Source: Podarcis vaucheri (lineage: Eukaryota). From it: a stretch of DNA of 64,000 nt. The notes below the pieces were generated by a model. That model made no database searches. It had not been told where the DNA came from and saw nothing but the letters and a program-made list of their open reading frames with translations. Positions 24,978-39,039 of the stretch are shown piece after piece. Every line of letters begins with the position of its first letter. The first letter of the stretch is position 1. Where the stretch lies: the NCBI GenBank assembly GCA_965113315.1, contig OZ220366.1. The stretch is one strand, 5' to 3'. The translations under genes and the position numbers were made by a program.

Positions 24978-27107
24978 TATTTGACAATGGTCCTTCCCTT
25001 TGTTCAGCAAGATCACAAAGCAAAATCAGCCCCTGCATCGATATCTCACAATATTATCAAGATGTTGGACTAGGTGTTGGACTATAAAACAGTATCAAAT
25101 GTTGGAAAAGGCATCTCTATCCACTGTATTAAGCGAATAGTTATTCACTATACAACATGCTGCATCCCCACAGAAAATAATGGTATAGGAGCATTTTTCC
25201 ATGACAACACTGTACAGTTTGAAATAAGGAAAATACCAGCAAACATCCCATCACAGCAATAACTATTCTGAGAATCTAGCATCAATTAGCAACCTAGTAT
25301 TTCAAACATTGGGTTATAGCCAATGTTAGTCCTACTCATAATAAAGCCCTTGAAACTGATGAACATAGCAATTCCAATGGGTCTCCTCCAAAGAAAACCT
25401 GGTTGGATATGATCCATTATTTTTACTTCTTGTTCCCCATATGAAGATTTTAAAAATGTCTTTGCTAGAATAGTTTCAGCAGGTGTTTCATAACACTGCA
25501 AACACAAAATTTGGGTAGGAATTATGCACACGTCCTTCCAAGGCTATATTCCTGGATTACAGTATGACAACAGCAGATACACTACTTACTTGCAGTCCCT
25601 TTAAAGTCAGGTCACACCTGACTGGCCATAAAAGAAAGTGATGTTGCTACAACAACAGTAGCCACCTATTGAGCAGCAATTTTGTATCAGCATCTCATTA
25701 AGTTCCAACAAGCATAAACCTGATAGTATCAAGTTGATGCAGGTGACAGACTTGTTCCACAGGTATACAGCTTTACAAAAATTCATAGTTCAGGTTTCCT
25801 GGACAGGTTCCATCAGATCAAATTAGGTTAGCATTCCATCTAAAACACTACCTTCAGATGCTTCAGATGAAATTCTGAGACATGTACTGTGGGTGATAAT
25901 AAAATAATATATTTGCGATGTGCATTTTCTCCAGCATTCAGTTCTGAACACTGTCTGGCTAAAAATGCTCTGTAGTAAATTTGCATTTCAAATTATAGCT
26001 ACTAGCTATTAACTCATTGCTGCATGAGATTAATCACGTTCTAAACTTGTAAGTGTGATGTAACCTCATGGTAGACATTTGGACTTTTAGTTCAATATTG
26101 CTTCTTCCATAGTGCTTTGAGATAGCAACCTGATAAAATTAAAACCAATTTCATAGTGGTATTCAAAGCAATATAAAGCCTATTTCCTGTGGGTGTTATG
26201 TCTATGTGAAAAACAGGAATTCAGTTTTAAAATATGCTTGTATCAGATTTGTAACTAGACATACAGGAAGTAGATACATAATCTCATTTCAGCTTTCCTG
26301 AACTGTACATCACCCACAAACAGATGGATTTTATGTGAAGCACAATTACTTCACCCATCATTTTTTCCATAGACTTGTACACATTTGGGAATGGCCTTTT
26401 TTCACAGCTAACCTCACCTTCCTTAACAAAATTTATTTATTTATTTATTTATTTAGATCACCTGTACTCCAAAATTAAGCCAGGGCATCTAAACATAGGT
26501 ATCCTGCATGCAAATTTCAAACAGCTCTAAGATTTCTTCAGATGCTAGGTGCTAATGAGGAAGCATTTTAACACAGTAACTTCAGCTGACAGATTTATTT
26601 CAAAATACATAAGCTATCTATTAAATGCAGTTGAAAGCCTTTTCCTGAAATGGGTGCTTCCTCCTGCCATCAGCAGCAAAGCTATCATACAAAATTGTCA
26701 CCTCATATTCCTAGCACATTTTTAAAGCATTTACCCAGTATTTCCTAATGGTTAAAAAAGAAAGTCTTGTTTGTCTTAGAGCAAACCGATAAAAAGGAAT
26801 GTCGAATAATGAAATCATATATAGCAGTTCATACGATTACCACATAAATTAACACACACACACACACACGAATTCTGTGGTATCAGTGAATTACTTAATG
26901 CTATAGCTGAGAATTTTAAGTATGACTTAGAAAATTAAGAACAAAAAATAGAAGACTGTTATGTTCTACGCAGAAAAATAAAAACCTGAAAAGCTTTCTT
27001 ATCACAAATATGTTTTTAAAAGATGCATAAAAAGAACCTAATATGTTGCTGAGAAAGCCCAAGATGGCATTACACTAAGCACTGAACTAATTCACAAAAA
27101 GCCAAAT

Positions 27108-27155
27108 GCAATACAGTACAATACAATACAATATAATACAATACAATACAATACA
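27108..27155. repeat. (AATAC)n microsatellite
   Basis: Read directly from the sequence. Confidence 0.9.
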
Positions 27156-27931
27156 CTATGCTGGTCTATAAGGAAAAAATCTAGCATCAACTGTCAGGCA
27201 ATCTACACTATTAACAAAATAGTGGACAAGCTTTCAAGTTTTTCAGAACTATTTATCAGGCTGGATCTTTGGATGTTAAGCGAAGTGTTACAGCTGTGTG
27301 CGTGACAGAGAAAAGAAACAGTTTGAAGCTACAAAGTCTGCATTTTTAGTCAAAGTCATACGAGTGTAAGAGGAGATAGCAGGCTTAAAGGGATTAGTCT
27401 CTACCAGGTGCTATGCAGGCTTCAAATTACACCTATGAAACAGACGGTAGCTGATCCCCCATTTTTAATAATATAACATCCAGCAGCTCTGCCTCCAGCT
27501 TTAAGTGAAACAGACAGGTTCCTTGTTAGGTTGAGAACTCAAGCAAAACAAAGAACAAAAAATGGCAGTTTCTATATTAGCAAAGCTGGAGCTTAACTTT
27601 ATGCTGAGTACTAGGTAATAGGAGTCATTATTACCCAAACTGGGTAACATTACCTACTGACTGTAGAATGCTACCCTCAAATACTCTACAAAATCATCCA
27701 ACCAACAGAGACCAGCCTTTCAGTTCAGTTCCATAAGCACTGCTTTGATCAGGGCTAGCACAAGGATTCAGGGGGCCATCTGCATGGTCCTGTGATGCCC
27801 GCCGTCCGCCCCCTCTATAGGTCTATAGATAGGGTTTTATAGATTATATACTGTTAATCAAGGGCATTGCATTTGAGGTAACATTAAGATGGTGGGCAGC
27901 CAACTACAGATGGAACCCAAGCTTCACTCTC

Positions 27932-29081
27932 TCTTTTTTTAAAAAAATATTTTTTACTAACAGGCCAATCACATCACATTATCCGAATCACATTAGTTCC
28001 AAATTATACAGCCGAATTTTAAATTTTGTTTGGGGTACCCATACATCAAGCTCCGGACGAGTCCAAACATCACTTATATTGCTGCATTAATTAAACAGTT
28101 CTATCCAGTTCAATCCAGATAGCCCTTTATTACTTTCTTCATCTTCTTGTTGTTATCGTATATTCCTTTCTTTGCGATCTCTGATAATTTTCACAAGCAG
28201 ATTGGAAACAGACATGCTCTGTGCGGGTTTTGTACTCTCCAAAGATCATATCGCTCAGGGACAGCCGCTGTTCCTCGCTTCCATTTAAAAAAAAAAAAAA
28301 AACCACCTTCGGTCTGTCCTTTACTTTTCTCAGACTTGCCCAGTATATCAGGAGGCTCTGTCAGGTCAAAATTACATTCCAGCAATCCTTCTCATTCCAA
28401 TGGTCCTGATTCTCCTCCCCCTGTCCTTCTTTCTCCGGAAGCCTGTCTTGGCGAGACGCCATTTTTTGACTGCGTCATAGAATTTTCCTCCGTTCTCATT
28501 GTTTACCAATCCTTTCTTTAGCTATAATCCATCCCACACAGTTTTTAACTTCCTGCTTGTGATTAGTAAAACGCAACAATCTTGTTTCTTTCTGGCGTGA
28601 AGGGTTATTAATATCACATAGTACAAAGAAAAAAGGTTTTTTTCCTCCACCCCCCCTTCATTCCAAACATACAGTCTCTTAATGGTGATTCATCAGAAGA
28701 TTTACTTATCTGTCCGTCACTCCCAGTCACAGAGATCCATTAATCAGAAGTGTTATCTCTCGAGCGTTACTTGATGTATGTGCTTCAGCTTCATTCCAAT
28801 CGTATGTTTCCAATTATAATTCTGAGCTGAAGCTAACCAGCACGCGCTGATTGGAATCGGCGTCAGGAAGAGCTGACCGCATCGAGGGCTCATGCCAAGT
28901 GACTGGCACCCCCAGACCTCGGATCTGGGGGTGCATAGTGGACACCGCTGACAAGGCAGCCCCCCCATCTCCTTGGGGGGGTAGGAAGACTGCATACTTC
29001 CCATAGTAGCCTCTTAATTACCTTGTATGGGTCAGAGAGATGTTATTGTCGGCCATCTTCCAATGCACCACCTGGTGGCCC
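27932..29081 (-). mobile_element. Non-autonomous L1-like retroelement, about 1.15 kb
   Basis: 16-bp TSD CCCAAGCTTCACTCTC (27916-27931, 29082-29097); G-rich 5' end with AAGATGGCCG; A-rich 3' tail; no long ORF. Confidence 0.75.
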
Positions 29082-32000
29082 CCCAAGCTTCACTCTCATT
29101 CATAGCTGCTGGCCAGTTATGTAGGGGCCCAGTGGCGAAAGGAGTGATGACATGGCTTGCACAGGCTGGTAAGGAAGTCTTCTGAGCACCTAGAGCCCTT
29201 GGCCAGTACCTGACCTTGCTGACTACTGGTGCCAGGTCTAGCTTTGTGCTCTAGTTGCCTGAACTGCTACAATCTTTAGGACCCATCTAACCTGGTGAAC
29301 ATTTGAGGCTTGAATTACAATAGTATTCAGTGTTCATCCAACTTTTACAAGTCTGCGTACCTCAAATCTGACCTGCTTCCATCTGCACTACTAGAAGGAT
29401 CATTACACTGTAAGGGTGACAACTTTTCCCCATAATGACATTCCTTCTTATCTCTCATTTTTTTAAAAGGACTTAGGACAAGCACTGTGCATTTTTGCAA
29501 GTGTCAAAAGCTAATGAAGATTTTATGTACGGCTAGTTCAAACCATATTCTTTACCTAGGTCTGAGAAAGATTTTTAAAAATCTACCACTTCTGTATAGA
29601 TAACTTCAAGCAACAATGCAAGCACCAAAACTGGCATGTTCAAAGATAAGCTTTTCTTTACATCATAAACCACAGGAAGAGGTTTGCAAAGGAAAAATGT
29701 ATTTCTGTGCACTGGATCAGGGCCACTATTCGCTCTCCTGAAAGGTGATTAGCACAATGCAGAGGAACAGTGTTTGGTGGAATAATTTATACATAACATT
29801 TTATGCAAATGACATCTCAGAATGACATCTCAAAAACTTAACACAGAACCACTTGAAAGAGTAACAAGTGCCCATATTGGTACAGCAGCAAGCAACAAAC
29901 AACAGACAGTTTCTAGGGAAACAGGAGACAATTATTAGTGCCTTTAATGCCTGCCTAGCTTTACCTGCATCCCAACTTAGATTTTAAAATACTTCTTGCT
30001 ATATGATTTACAACAAGTGTTTTGAAGTTATATTCTTATATATGAACTACAGTCTGTGTGTTCCTCTACCTTTTCACATACTATTAGAAGCTTTGTGATA
30101 ATGAATCAATACTGCATGGTTCCACAGGCAAAAAACAATAAAAACCCAGGGAGGTTGGTGTCCAAATTGTTGCAGATATGCAATCAGTTTAAAATACAGT
30201 TGTGTCTACTGAAAGGGGTAGAAATGTAGATCCAATTGAGAAATATCATTAATAAATCTGGGGGTATATCAGCCTTTCCAACCCCCACCCCTAACCCCAA
30301 GAACATTCTGTTCTAATCCACTAACAAAAATGAGAACAGGAACATACGACTGTGTCTGGATCTGCACAGTATGGGCGCAGAAGGCAGCTGCTGTGGGGTG
30401 GGGGTGGGGTGGAGAACTATAGAATCCATTTTCTGGCTTTTGTGTAAACTTTACTCTTTGGCTACAATCCTGAACTTACTTGATCAGAAATAAAACCAGC
30501 TTCAATCAGTAGAAGTTGTCTGTGCATAACTGATGCCAGAAGAACATTGTCTGTTGCATCCATTTTTTAAATTTTTTTTGATGTCTACTTATCCTCTTGG
30601 TTCAGTGGATTGGGAATGGGGAAATTAAATGCTGTTTGGGCACATTCCTTTTCTTCCTTTGACAGTTCTGATTATTTCCAAGTTAGATTACACTGGGCTG
30701 GGAGGTCTCGAAATGTGGAAACAGCAGTGGGTGTACAGTTCTCTACTGTATCCTGTGTTCTTTGGATCAAGCAAACAACTTGATTCTCAAAGGCAACTAA
30801 AAACTCAACTTCTACTCTATCTTGTAACTGGAGTGGTATGCATGAGTAATGTTTCATTTGTATCCCAAAGGATCTCAACCTTTAATTCATCCCAAAATAA
30901 GACAAATGGATACCACAAGTGTCTGTCTTCCACTACTAGCAAAAATATTAGCCCCTTGAAGGTGAAAGAGCATCTATTGTTAGTGCAATATTTTTAAATT
31001 AATATTTAAAGTAACGATGTTAAACTCATGAGCAAAATTTTCAGAGGCTACTGCTTGCCAAAAAATATATTTTTAAAAAACAACAACAGGAAATGTCTAT
31101 TATATAAAGACAGCTGCAACATTTTTGCAGCTGGTAGAGGAGGAGGTATATATCAAACAATAACAAACAGTGTGTGCCTTTACAGCTGCAAGTTACTACA
31201 GTTTTCATTTGTTTTCACCTCCCTTTGTGGACTTCTGAGGAAATAAAGGAAGTGGGATGATGAGACAGCATAAAACTAAGGCTCCCTTCCATTGCAATCT
31301 ACAATCTGACTCCCAATGTGAAAAATTAGCAGTTACAATACATGTGAACTACATGACCGAATGAACAGCATACTGGAATCAAACACCAAGTACCAATAGG
31401 TGCAATAGGTAACAAAATTCAAAAACAATTTGGAAGTGAGATAGGAGCTGTAATGAGATCTACTCTTGTGTGGGTTTTGTTAGGATTACTTCTTGCAAAG
31501 ATCAAACCAAGAAGCTGTGTACGGGGCAATGGGAACTAAAGGGTGAATTTGTCTATTTCATACTCAAGAACAGCTTGAGGATAGAATAAACAGCAGTTCA
31601 CTTTTACAAGCTAACAGCACCCATATTTTCTACAACTCTGTACTGAAAAGGTTTGTCTACCTATACTCTGCAATCTGACAGAAACCACGGTTTAAACACC
31701 ACTCCCTGTACTCAAAGGCATGTATGTACCTTACTAACGAAAGGAGACAGAAGAAACAGAACAAGAGCGTACAAAAAACCAAAACAAAAAAACGTTGACA
31801 CAGAGAAAGACAACAGGAGCAGATGTTTCTGTTCTTGCACCAAATATCAACGTTTGCAAAGGGGGCGCAGGAAAGAAGGTCGCCTTCTTTTCCAAAACCG
31901 CACAACTGGATTCGTGAGGCTGGGGGAGCATCAGACAGGCGAATCACACAACCTCGTGGGAGAAAGTCATAGCCTCTCTCTATTTTTAGGCGCAACCAGA

Positions 32001-32089
32001 GTGCAACCCTCCGACCTGGGGGGGAAAACCTCACCCCCTAATAGTTAGGATGAAAGGACTTTGCACATGCCCAGAAGACACTCTGCACG

Positions 32090-33000
32090 TGTGTGTGTGT
32101 TCGCGCGCCCCTCCTACTACTTTACCTGATGAAGCGTCTCGGCGGGCAGCTGCGACGCCCGGAACAACTCCGCCACTTTGCTCCCCTCGGCGGCGGCGGG
32201 GGTCGCTCCCGCCGGTCCCCCCGCCTCGGGCGCAGCTTGGCCGCCGCCGCAAAGCGAGAACAGCTCGGAGTAGCCCTGCTGCTCGCTCGCAGCCAAGAAG
32301 AGCGCCGCGGCTCCGGCGGCGGCGGCTGCTCCAGGCTCCATGGCAGCGGGGAATCAGGCAGGGGGCGGCGCGACTCCCGAGGCCGGGAGAGAAACTCCTG
32401 GCGGCGGGCGAGAGGGGCGAGCGAGGAGCCTCTGCAGCTGAGCCTCGTCCTCCGTCCGGCGGCGGCGGCGGCCTCCCCCGCCTCCGCCTCCTCCTCCCCA
32501 GTGCGGAGCGGAGCTGCCTCTGCAGTGCTGCCCGAGGGGGGAGGCGGAGGAGGAGGAGGCGGCGGGAGACGGAGAGAAGCTTTCTTCTTCTTCTTCGCGC
32601 CTTCTTCTTCTGCTTCCCTCAGAGGTTTTCCTCAGCAAGCCGAGAAGCGGGAAGCGGCGGCGGCGGCAGCTGCTCGGGAAAGGGAAGGGGAAGGAAGGGG
32701 AAGGAAAAAAAAAGGCTTCCTCAGGGCACGTGCCCAGAACGGCGTTCCCGCTCCGCAGCCTCCACCTCCACACGCCGGGCTGGAGCAAGAGGCAACCGCC
32801 GCCGCCGCCGCCACCTCCGTGGGGTGAGAGCCACACTCTGAGGAAAAAGGCTAGACGCCCACATGGCCACCTCAGGGACGGGCTCGCTTGACCCTGACGC
32901 CCTGCTCTTCGAAGAATGGCGCAGTAGGGCTGAGCATCTGAGCATGTGCAGAGAGCCTCCCCCCCCCATGAAAAAAGCAGCCCCACAGCGTTTCAATCTC
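32090..33000 (-). promoter_or_regulatory. CpG island / REPS2 promoter and GC-rich 5'UTR
   Basis: Dense CpG, (GGC)n/(GCC)n tracts and high GC over exon 1, against an AT-rich background. Confidence 0.85.
32126..32341 (-). CDS. REPS2: REPS2 exon 1 coding part
   Basis: gccATGG Kozak; MEPGAAAAAG...EQQGYSELFSLC...VAELFRASQLPAETLHQ then CAG|GTAAAG; 216 nt, phase 0; intron 1 about 23.4 kb. Confidence 0.93.
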
Positions 33001-33155
33001 TCTGGCATCTGGGCACCAAGGTGTGCCCAGCAGAGGCCACCTGGGGTTAGCTGTGGAGTTTCCTCTCACCTGAAGACTTAACTCGAAGCCCACTTCAGAG
33101 GGTGGGTGCAGGTGACCGTGGGCTAAAAGTCTTAGCAAAATGGATACTTCTTGGC

Positions 33156-33284
33156 CAGTGCTGTTTTTCTAGGGGGAGAAAGGGGGTGCCGGAACTCACC
33201 AGGGACACCTCTCAGAATAGCAATGGCACCCACCTGAGAGGTTATGGAACTGAGTTCCGGCGAGTACCCCTGAAAAAAGCCCTG
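33156..33284. mobile_element. hAT-type MITE upstream of the REPS2 promoter
   Basis: TIRs CAGTGCTGTTTTTC / GAAAAAAGCCCTG; 8-bp TSD TTCTTGGC / GTCTTGGC; internal inverted CCGGAACTCA / TGAGTTCCGG. Confidence 0.75.
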
Positions 33285-35499
33285 GTCTTGGCAAGGGTGC
33301 CCACTTGAATGAAATATTGGCGGGGGGGGGTCCAAAGAGACCCCACGCTGCATAATCGATCACAAGATGCGGCGCACGCACACCATTTGAATGGCAATGC
33401 CTATCAATTTGGGGTGGGCACCCCCTCACATACTTTATTGGGGAGGCCAAAGGGATATCAGCCCCCAGGAGTTGCGTCTTGGAGACCAACATGGTTTTCC
33501 AGAAGCGGTGCAAAAACCCTTGTGCTCAAGCTTTTATTTTGGTGGCCCAGGGAAAGGTGACCAACAGGGCAAGAAGATTTTGCAGTTAACATAACTACCT
33601 CAGGTACTTGGAGTGGGATATAAATAGACATGCAGTTTAAAACTGGTTTGATGACATTGGGTTGCTTTGAGTTTTTGGCTTGCTTTGAAAACTGCTTTAG
33701 AGAACCCTATCTTTAGAAAAGTGATTATTAAATAAATAACAGGGAAGAGAGAATGGCCTGCAGTGAAGTTTTCAGACAAACACCTGCTGTCTTCCCCTTT
33801 AAAACCTACTATGCTCCTGTTTGTCCTTTAAAAAAAACCTGCTGGGTGTGCAGTGCATTCCACTGCAAAGATGGCAGATAGACCATTTTTCCAGTATGTT
33901 AGGTTATTTTGCCTTAACTACACGTAGACCTCAAATAACCCACCCTACTGAAACAAGAAACCATTCAAGTTTAACAGATGGAAGATTATATTTTAATAGG
34001 AATTGTTTTTTGAACTACAGAAGAGTTATTAACAGACAGACATAAAATGAAACATATTTTAATACTTGTTTATGCTTTGATTCTCCACATACCTGACAAT
34101 CAGAATGGAGATGAGAAGAAAAAAGAAGATGTAAGGAGAAACAGTGTTTGGGTTAGTTTCAATGGTATAGAAAACTGAGGAAATGTTTACGTTGATATTG
34201 CATCCTTTTATTAACCTTCTGTTGCAGGCATTTGTGCCTTAGGCCAAATGAAAACAGAGACACAGCCAACTGCATGTTTAAGTATGGCCACAGCTGTAGA
34301 AAGTTAAATATTTACTTATGGCTCGAGCCTCAGCTAATAAATATGCATAAAAACAAAATAATCAGTCTTATTTGGCAACGAATCACATTGGGGGGAATAC
34401 TATCATACATAAATTAAACAGTTCTATCAGACCTTTCTTTAAAATCATAGTTGAGCAAATGTGTGAACCAGTCTTGCCACCACACATAAATTTGAACAAG
34501 TTAATTTTTAGCTAGCCATTCATCACCAAATTAGATCCTAAACAATCCAGAAACTATTCAGCCCAATTTCACAAAATGTAAGTTTGGTAAATATGTCAAT
34601 AATGATTGACACAAAGTTGATAAACTCAGCACTCATATTAGCAATTTTGTTCCTTGTTAAATTGTCAGCTAATGTAAAGTCAACTTTAAAAACATTTTCT
34701 ACTGTACTTTACAGTGTTTTACATTTATTCTAACCACAACCTTTCTCAAGGCCACCATATATGTTCTATGAAGATACAAGCCTCGATTTAGTCAACAGGT
34801 TGTCATCCACTGCAGCATATTAGTCACCAGTTTTGAAATTGTCACACTTCGTCACCAGCAGTTAGTTGCCTTTCCAAATTACCCATTTCTAAATTATTAC
34901 AACTATGACCATCTATTTCACATTTATAATAAAAATGAGTTTATTTCAAGTTTGAGCTGAATAATGAAATGGCAAGGTAATAAGCTATGCCTAGTATATT
35001 CAATGGCTTTGTTATTTTCTGCAATAATTCCTGCAGTTTCACACAGTGGAAATGGCATGATCTCAATCCCATACATTTCACATTGTCCAAACACATATTA
35101 GAAAAGGGGTACTATCCTAAGTTTCTTTTATAGGTCTATAAAAAGGTAAACACTTAAGCAGGGGCAGGTACAGCAAAGACACCTGGTAATCCAGGCACAA
35201 CAAAATCTGGGTTTGCAAGTAAAGCTCAATACAAATAGAAAATATGCAAGCAGTTCCTATGCAAATATTCATCCAACGAGCATGTGAGTTTTATACAGGA
35301 TTAGAGCCGTATTGGTCCTGCTGATGTTAACAGAATGTCTTTAAGACTGCTTTATACAATTACTAGGAGGCTAGCACACCAGTATATGGCAGCTGTGAAT
35401 AATATGAATTCCATTTTTGTATCATTAAGGAAGGAATCAAACAAACATACAACTGCTAATATGCTATTACAGAAAATCTGGAAAGAGACTACACTTATA

Positions 35500-35620
35500 A
35501 TATTTTGTTCAGTTCTGGTCTCCACATCTCAAGAAGGATATTGTAGAGCTGGAAACCTTGCATTAAGGTCAACCAAAATGATCAAGGGGCTGCAGCAACT
35601 CCCTTACAATGAATGGCTTT
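35500..35620 (+). mobile_element. CR1 LINE ORF2 fragment
   Basis: gttcagttctggtctccacatctcaagaaggatatt encodes VQFWSPHLKKDI; TKMIKGL follows. Confidence 0.7.
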
Positions 35621-37659
35621 TGATCTTCCCGTAATCTTGAGTGTGCATGTCAAGATTATTTAGAGTGTTACTTAACACCTGTTTTTTTTTTTCCTTTCAT
35701 TGAAAAGGATACCGCCAGAAGGCCACCCAAGCTGTGTTTTATTTTAGTGGGTGTTCTGCAATTGCCTCTCCCAACTCTTACATTCAAGATGAATAGTTAA
35801 ATGTCTTCTAAAGCTAAACAAAAACAGTTAGAAGTAGTTGTAAAACCCAGGATGTGAAAGAGGGAGCAAAGACTTTGATTTAAAAATGTATTACCTCTTG
35901 TAAGGATTTGTGAACACAAAAAGCAAACAAACTATTGAAGCTCTATCTAACCTTACTTTGCAAGCAGTAAATATGTCATGGGAGAAATAATTTTCAGGGA
36001 ACCAGATCTTGCAGAATATCTGACTTTGGAACAGCACCATCCGATAAAGCAGCCGTACACAAAGTCTTAAATTATTTAAAGCATTTGGCTTTATTTCCAT
36101 ATTACCCTAGTCAAGTTTGAAAGGGAGGTTGGGAGCAGCAGTTCATATAATTTAAAAGTCTATACAGTAGTTGGTTCTGCATGGACAGCTTCCTGAGTGA
36201 AAGTGATTATAGCATCAACTGCCTTTGTTAATTCTTGGCAAATTTCCTGAAGTGTAAGTGAATAATGCAAAGAATGTTACTGCATCTCTGGGAGGACACC
36301 TGACCCTTGTTTCCAAGGATGACCTATTATGAAGATATGAAAAACAATAAAAACAAGGAGGCAGGCTAAGGTACATTATGCCTCGTTGTGGTTCAAAGTA
36401 TGCTTGGAATTTACTATACTTCTCATATATAAGAATTTAATAAGTAAACAGTGCCTGAGAACAAGAGACATTCCTTCATATTTGCTCCATTCTTCAAATC
36501 CCTTTCTGAATGGTCAGTGATATATATTTATGTAAGGCATAAAGCAGTTAATGAGCCTTGTGGTTTCACAACCTTCATGCTCTGCTCTAACATGGAAACA
36601 AAAGAGTGTGAATTTATTTTATCATATGTGTAAATCAGGGGTGGAGAACCTACAGCCCATGGGCCAATGTTGGCCTTCCAGTGGATCCAATGCAGCCAGT
36701 GAGGCCATTTCCCCCAAACCTTGTCCATTGGCTGACATCGCTGGGCAATTTGGGGTGATGGGTGGAGTTCAATTCTGTGTTGGCTGCTTCTGCAAAAGGA
36801 ACTGGCATGTGCAGTCAAAGCAGCAGGATCTAACGCCTACTCACCAGCTGAAATATAACAACTGAATGCCCGCATATTTGTGCATACTATAGCTAAATAC
36901 TGATCAACATATAGACAAAGCAGAAGGAAGAAACTTTGCATATTTAAAGTTCTTCAGACAGTAATGTAAACCTGATAGTATTCTTCTCGCCTTTAGACTT
37001 TAATATTGAGGTTTTCTGCCCCTTGAGAACCACTGAATATAATCCACGAAAGGAGACTTTTCAAGTAGAGAAGGCATTTTTTAGAACAACCCAATTATTA
37101 AAAATGTCTCTCTGAAATATAGGTTGGTATTAGTTAACAAATGTAATGTCTTTTTTAAAAGGTGGCAATTTTTTTGTAGCGCTTTCAATTCTATTAGAAT
37201 GGCATTTTGAGAAAATAATTGAAGAAACCAAAGATAATGAATTAATCCAGTACAAAAAGAAACTTGTTTTTGTGCAATAGATTTGTTCATTTGAAAGAAC
37301 TAGGGGAAACTGATGGATTAACAATAGCGATTAACAAGATATATCATAATCCTGGTTCAAGGGTACTTGAACTGCCCAATTTGTCTTAGCAAAACACTTA
37401 CAGCTAGGGAAATAGCTGAAATGCCTTCGAGTAAGAATACTTCAGATTCCAAAGCACCAGCAAGCTACTGAGTTAACTGTTCTCTCATGCTCAACTCCTG
37501 TGCCTGGGGAAAAGACATAGGATCAAGCCCATTCCCCCCTACGTAGTATAATTCTCTGGTCAGCTGGATCATCTATTTCAAGGTCTCAGCTTTGAACTTT
37601 GTATGTCAAAGGAAGCTTGGAGTCCAGCAAGCTAGAAATCCCCAAAGGGGCAACCTTCC

Positions 37660-38036
37660 CCACATAATCATTGTGGGTAATTTTATCATTTTGTACTAGC
37701 AGCATGCTATCATTCCCTTGATCAAAATGCCCAGGGAGATCTTGAGATGAAGAATGAAGTCAAGGAAGCACCCAAAAGAGGAGACCTTAGAGTAATGGGT
37801 GACTTCAACTACACTACATATGACTTTAAAAGAGGATTAGACAAATTCATGGCGGTGAGGGCTATTGATGGCTACTCCGCAGTTGGAGGCAGTAATATCA
37901 GTTGCTACCACAGGAAGCTGCTCTTGTGCTGAAATTCTGCTTGCGCACCTCCGACAGGCCTCTGGTCGGCCACTGCGAGAACAGGATGCTTGGCTAGATG
38001 GGTCATTATCCTGATCCAACAGGCTCTTCTTATGTT
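37660..38036 (+). mobile_element. CR1 LINE remnant (endonuclease piece joined to the 3' end)
   Basis: MGDFNY APE motif followed closely by FKRGLDKFM and a 3'UTR ending ctcttcttatgtt. Confidence 0.7.
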
Positions 38037-38368
38037 TTTAACTGTGAAAACCCAGCTTCATAGACCCCACAAGCCCAGAGAGATTACCTCGCACCTTTCA
38101 TCATGAAAGGAAAACAGAAGACAACACACCTTGACACTTTCTGGGTTTTCAATTGACTATTTGCTAATGTTTCCATAGTCACCTTTGACTGGATTTAACT
38201 GTCCAGGGGTCGTTTACCTTTACCTTACCACAGAATTTACCTTTTGTGGCTTGAACTAGAACAATGTGTAGCAAGGTCATGCTTCTTGTGGAAGAGCTGC
38301 CCCTAATTGTCAGACTTTTTAGCTCTTTTCGCGGCAGCAAATGGTACAAAAGAGTCAGGGAAATTTAC

Positions 38369-38530
38369 ATAGAATCATAGAACTAGGAAGTTTTTTCGAA
38401 CATTTAGTCAGAAACTTGAAGCCATTGTTTCGAGTCCTACCCTCCAGAGCAGGAGAAAACAAGCATGTTCCCTCTTCCATGTGACAGCCCTTGGGATATT
38501 TGAAGATGGCTATCATATCTCCTCTCAAGC
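38369..38530 (-). mobile_element. Degraded CR1 3' fragment
   Basis: atagaatcatagaa tail and cccttgggatatttgaagatggctatcatatctcctctca. Confidence 0.55.
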
Positions 38531-39039
38531 AGGCCTAACAGTAGTGTGACTGGGATGCTTTCTCATAAGGTCACTTAGCAAAACAGGTATTCCCAAAACA
38601 CCAGCTGCACATTAATGTAGAGAGAAATATTTTATTTTTCGTAATTGTGAAAAAAGCACCTGGCACAACTTGGGTGTGTGTGTGTGTGTGAAAATACACA
38701 TTAGGCACCTTAATACGAAGCACTGTTTGGTTCATTAAATCAAATTGCTCCCTGTAAAGGACAGAGGGAAAACTATTGGGCAAAATACTGCTTGTTCACA
38801 CTGTAGCCAGTGACAGTGAGTGGTAAAACAAAAATGAATGTTAGAATGACATCTTGACACTTTCTATCCTAAACTTCTTCCTTTTCGATTTATAAAGAGA
38901 GAATTTTGCGTCAATTTATTAGTTGAGATGGAAGAAATAGTACAGACCACAAGTTTGATAGATAATTAAAGGGATTGTTGTCCTCAGTTTTGTGTAAGAC
39001 ATACACCCATAATAGAGGCTTCTTAAGACTCTGTCTTTT

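Noticed and set aside
32050-32986. Long overlapping ORFs (263, 244 and 210 aa) over the REPS2 island
   Set aside because: Low-complexity R/G/A translations of stop-poor GC-rich DNA; only the 32126-32341 frame matches a known protein.
36545-36590. AATGAGCCTTG resembling the RBBP7 'NEPW' coding sequence
   Set aside because: Only an 11-nt match, and the flanking translation does not fit; treated as chance.
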